Below, piece by piece: positions 63,986 to 64,000 of a DNA stretch of 64,000 bases; the first letter of the stretch is position 1, and every line of letters begins with the position of its first letter. A program made the position numbers and the translations under genes. The DNA lies in contig NC_086108.1 in assembly GCF_963921235.1 (NCBI RefSeq), positions 42,596,001-42,660,000 of the forward strand, written 5' to 3'. The stretch comes from Mobula hypostoma (Eukaryota). The notes below the pieces were generated by a model. That model had not been told where the DNA came from. It worked only from the letters and a program-made list of their open reading frames with translations, and did no database searches.

Positions 63986-64000
63986 CTTTTGGTTAGCTTT

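Overview
This is eukaryotic, AT-rich, repeat-dense vertebrate DNA. The repeat content (CR1 LINEs, HE1/V-SINE-like elements, Rex1/Babar, Penelope-like elements) suggests a cartilaginous fish, probably a ray; this is inference. One protein-coding gene is present on the minus strand: STXBP3 (Munc18c). I traced 18 coding exons by hand (homologues of human exons 2-19, 59035 down to the stop at 14191). All have GT-AG boundaries and consistent phases, totalling 1712 nt; exon 1 appears to lie beyond the right edge. Comparisons to human STXBP3 are from recall, not alignment. The rest is transposon-derived: CR1 (one near full length), a young L1/Tx1 3' end, Rex1/Babar pieces, Penelope-like elements (PLEs), SINEs, a solo LTR, and Chapaev3-like, Tigger/pogo-like and hAT DNA transposons. 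The left end holds a local segmental duplication. The most notable non-coding signal is a family of minimal type I hammerhead ribozyme motifs in PLE terminal repeats. It includes a 98-bp hammerhead-only insert with a demonstrable empty site and a 296-bp insert carrying three hammerheads in inverted plus tandem arrangement. Also noted: a candidate 9-nt microexon and a 21-nt exon 7 extension in STXBP3. Repeat boundaries without target-site duplications (TSDs) are approximate.
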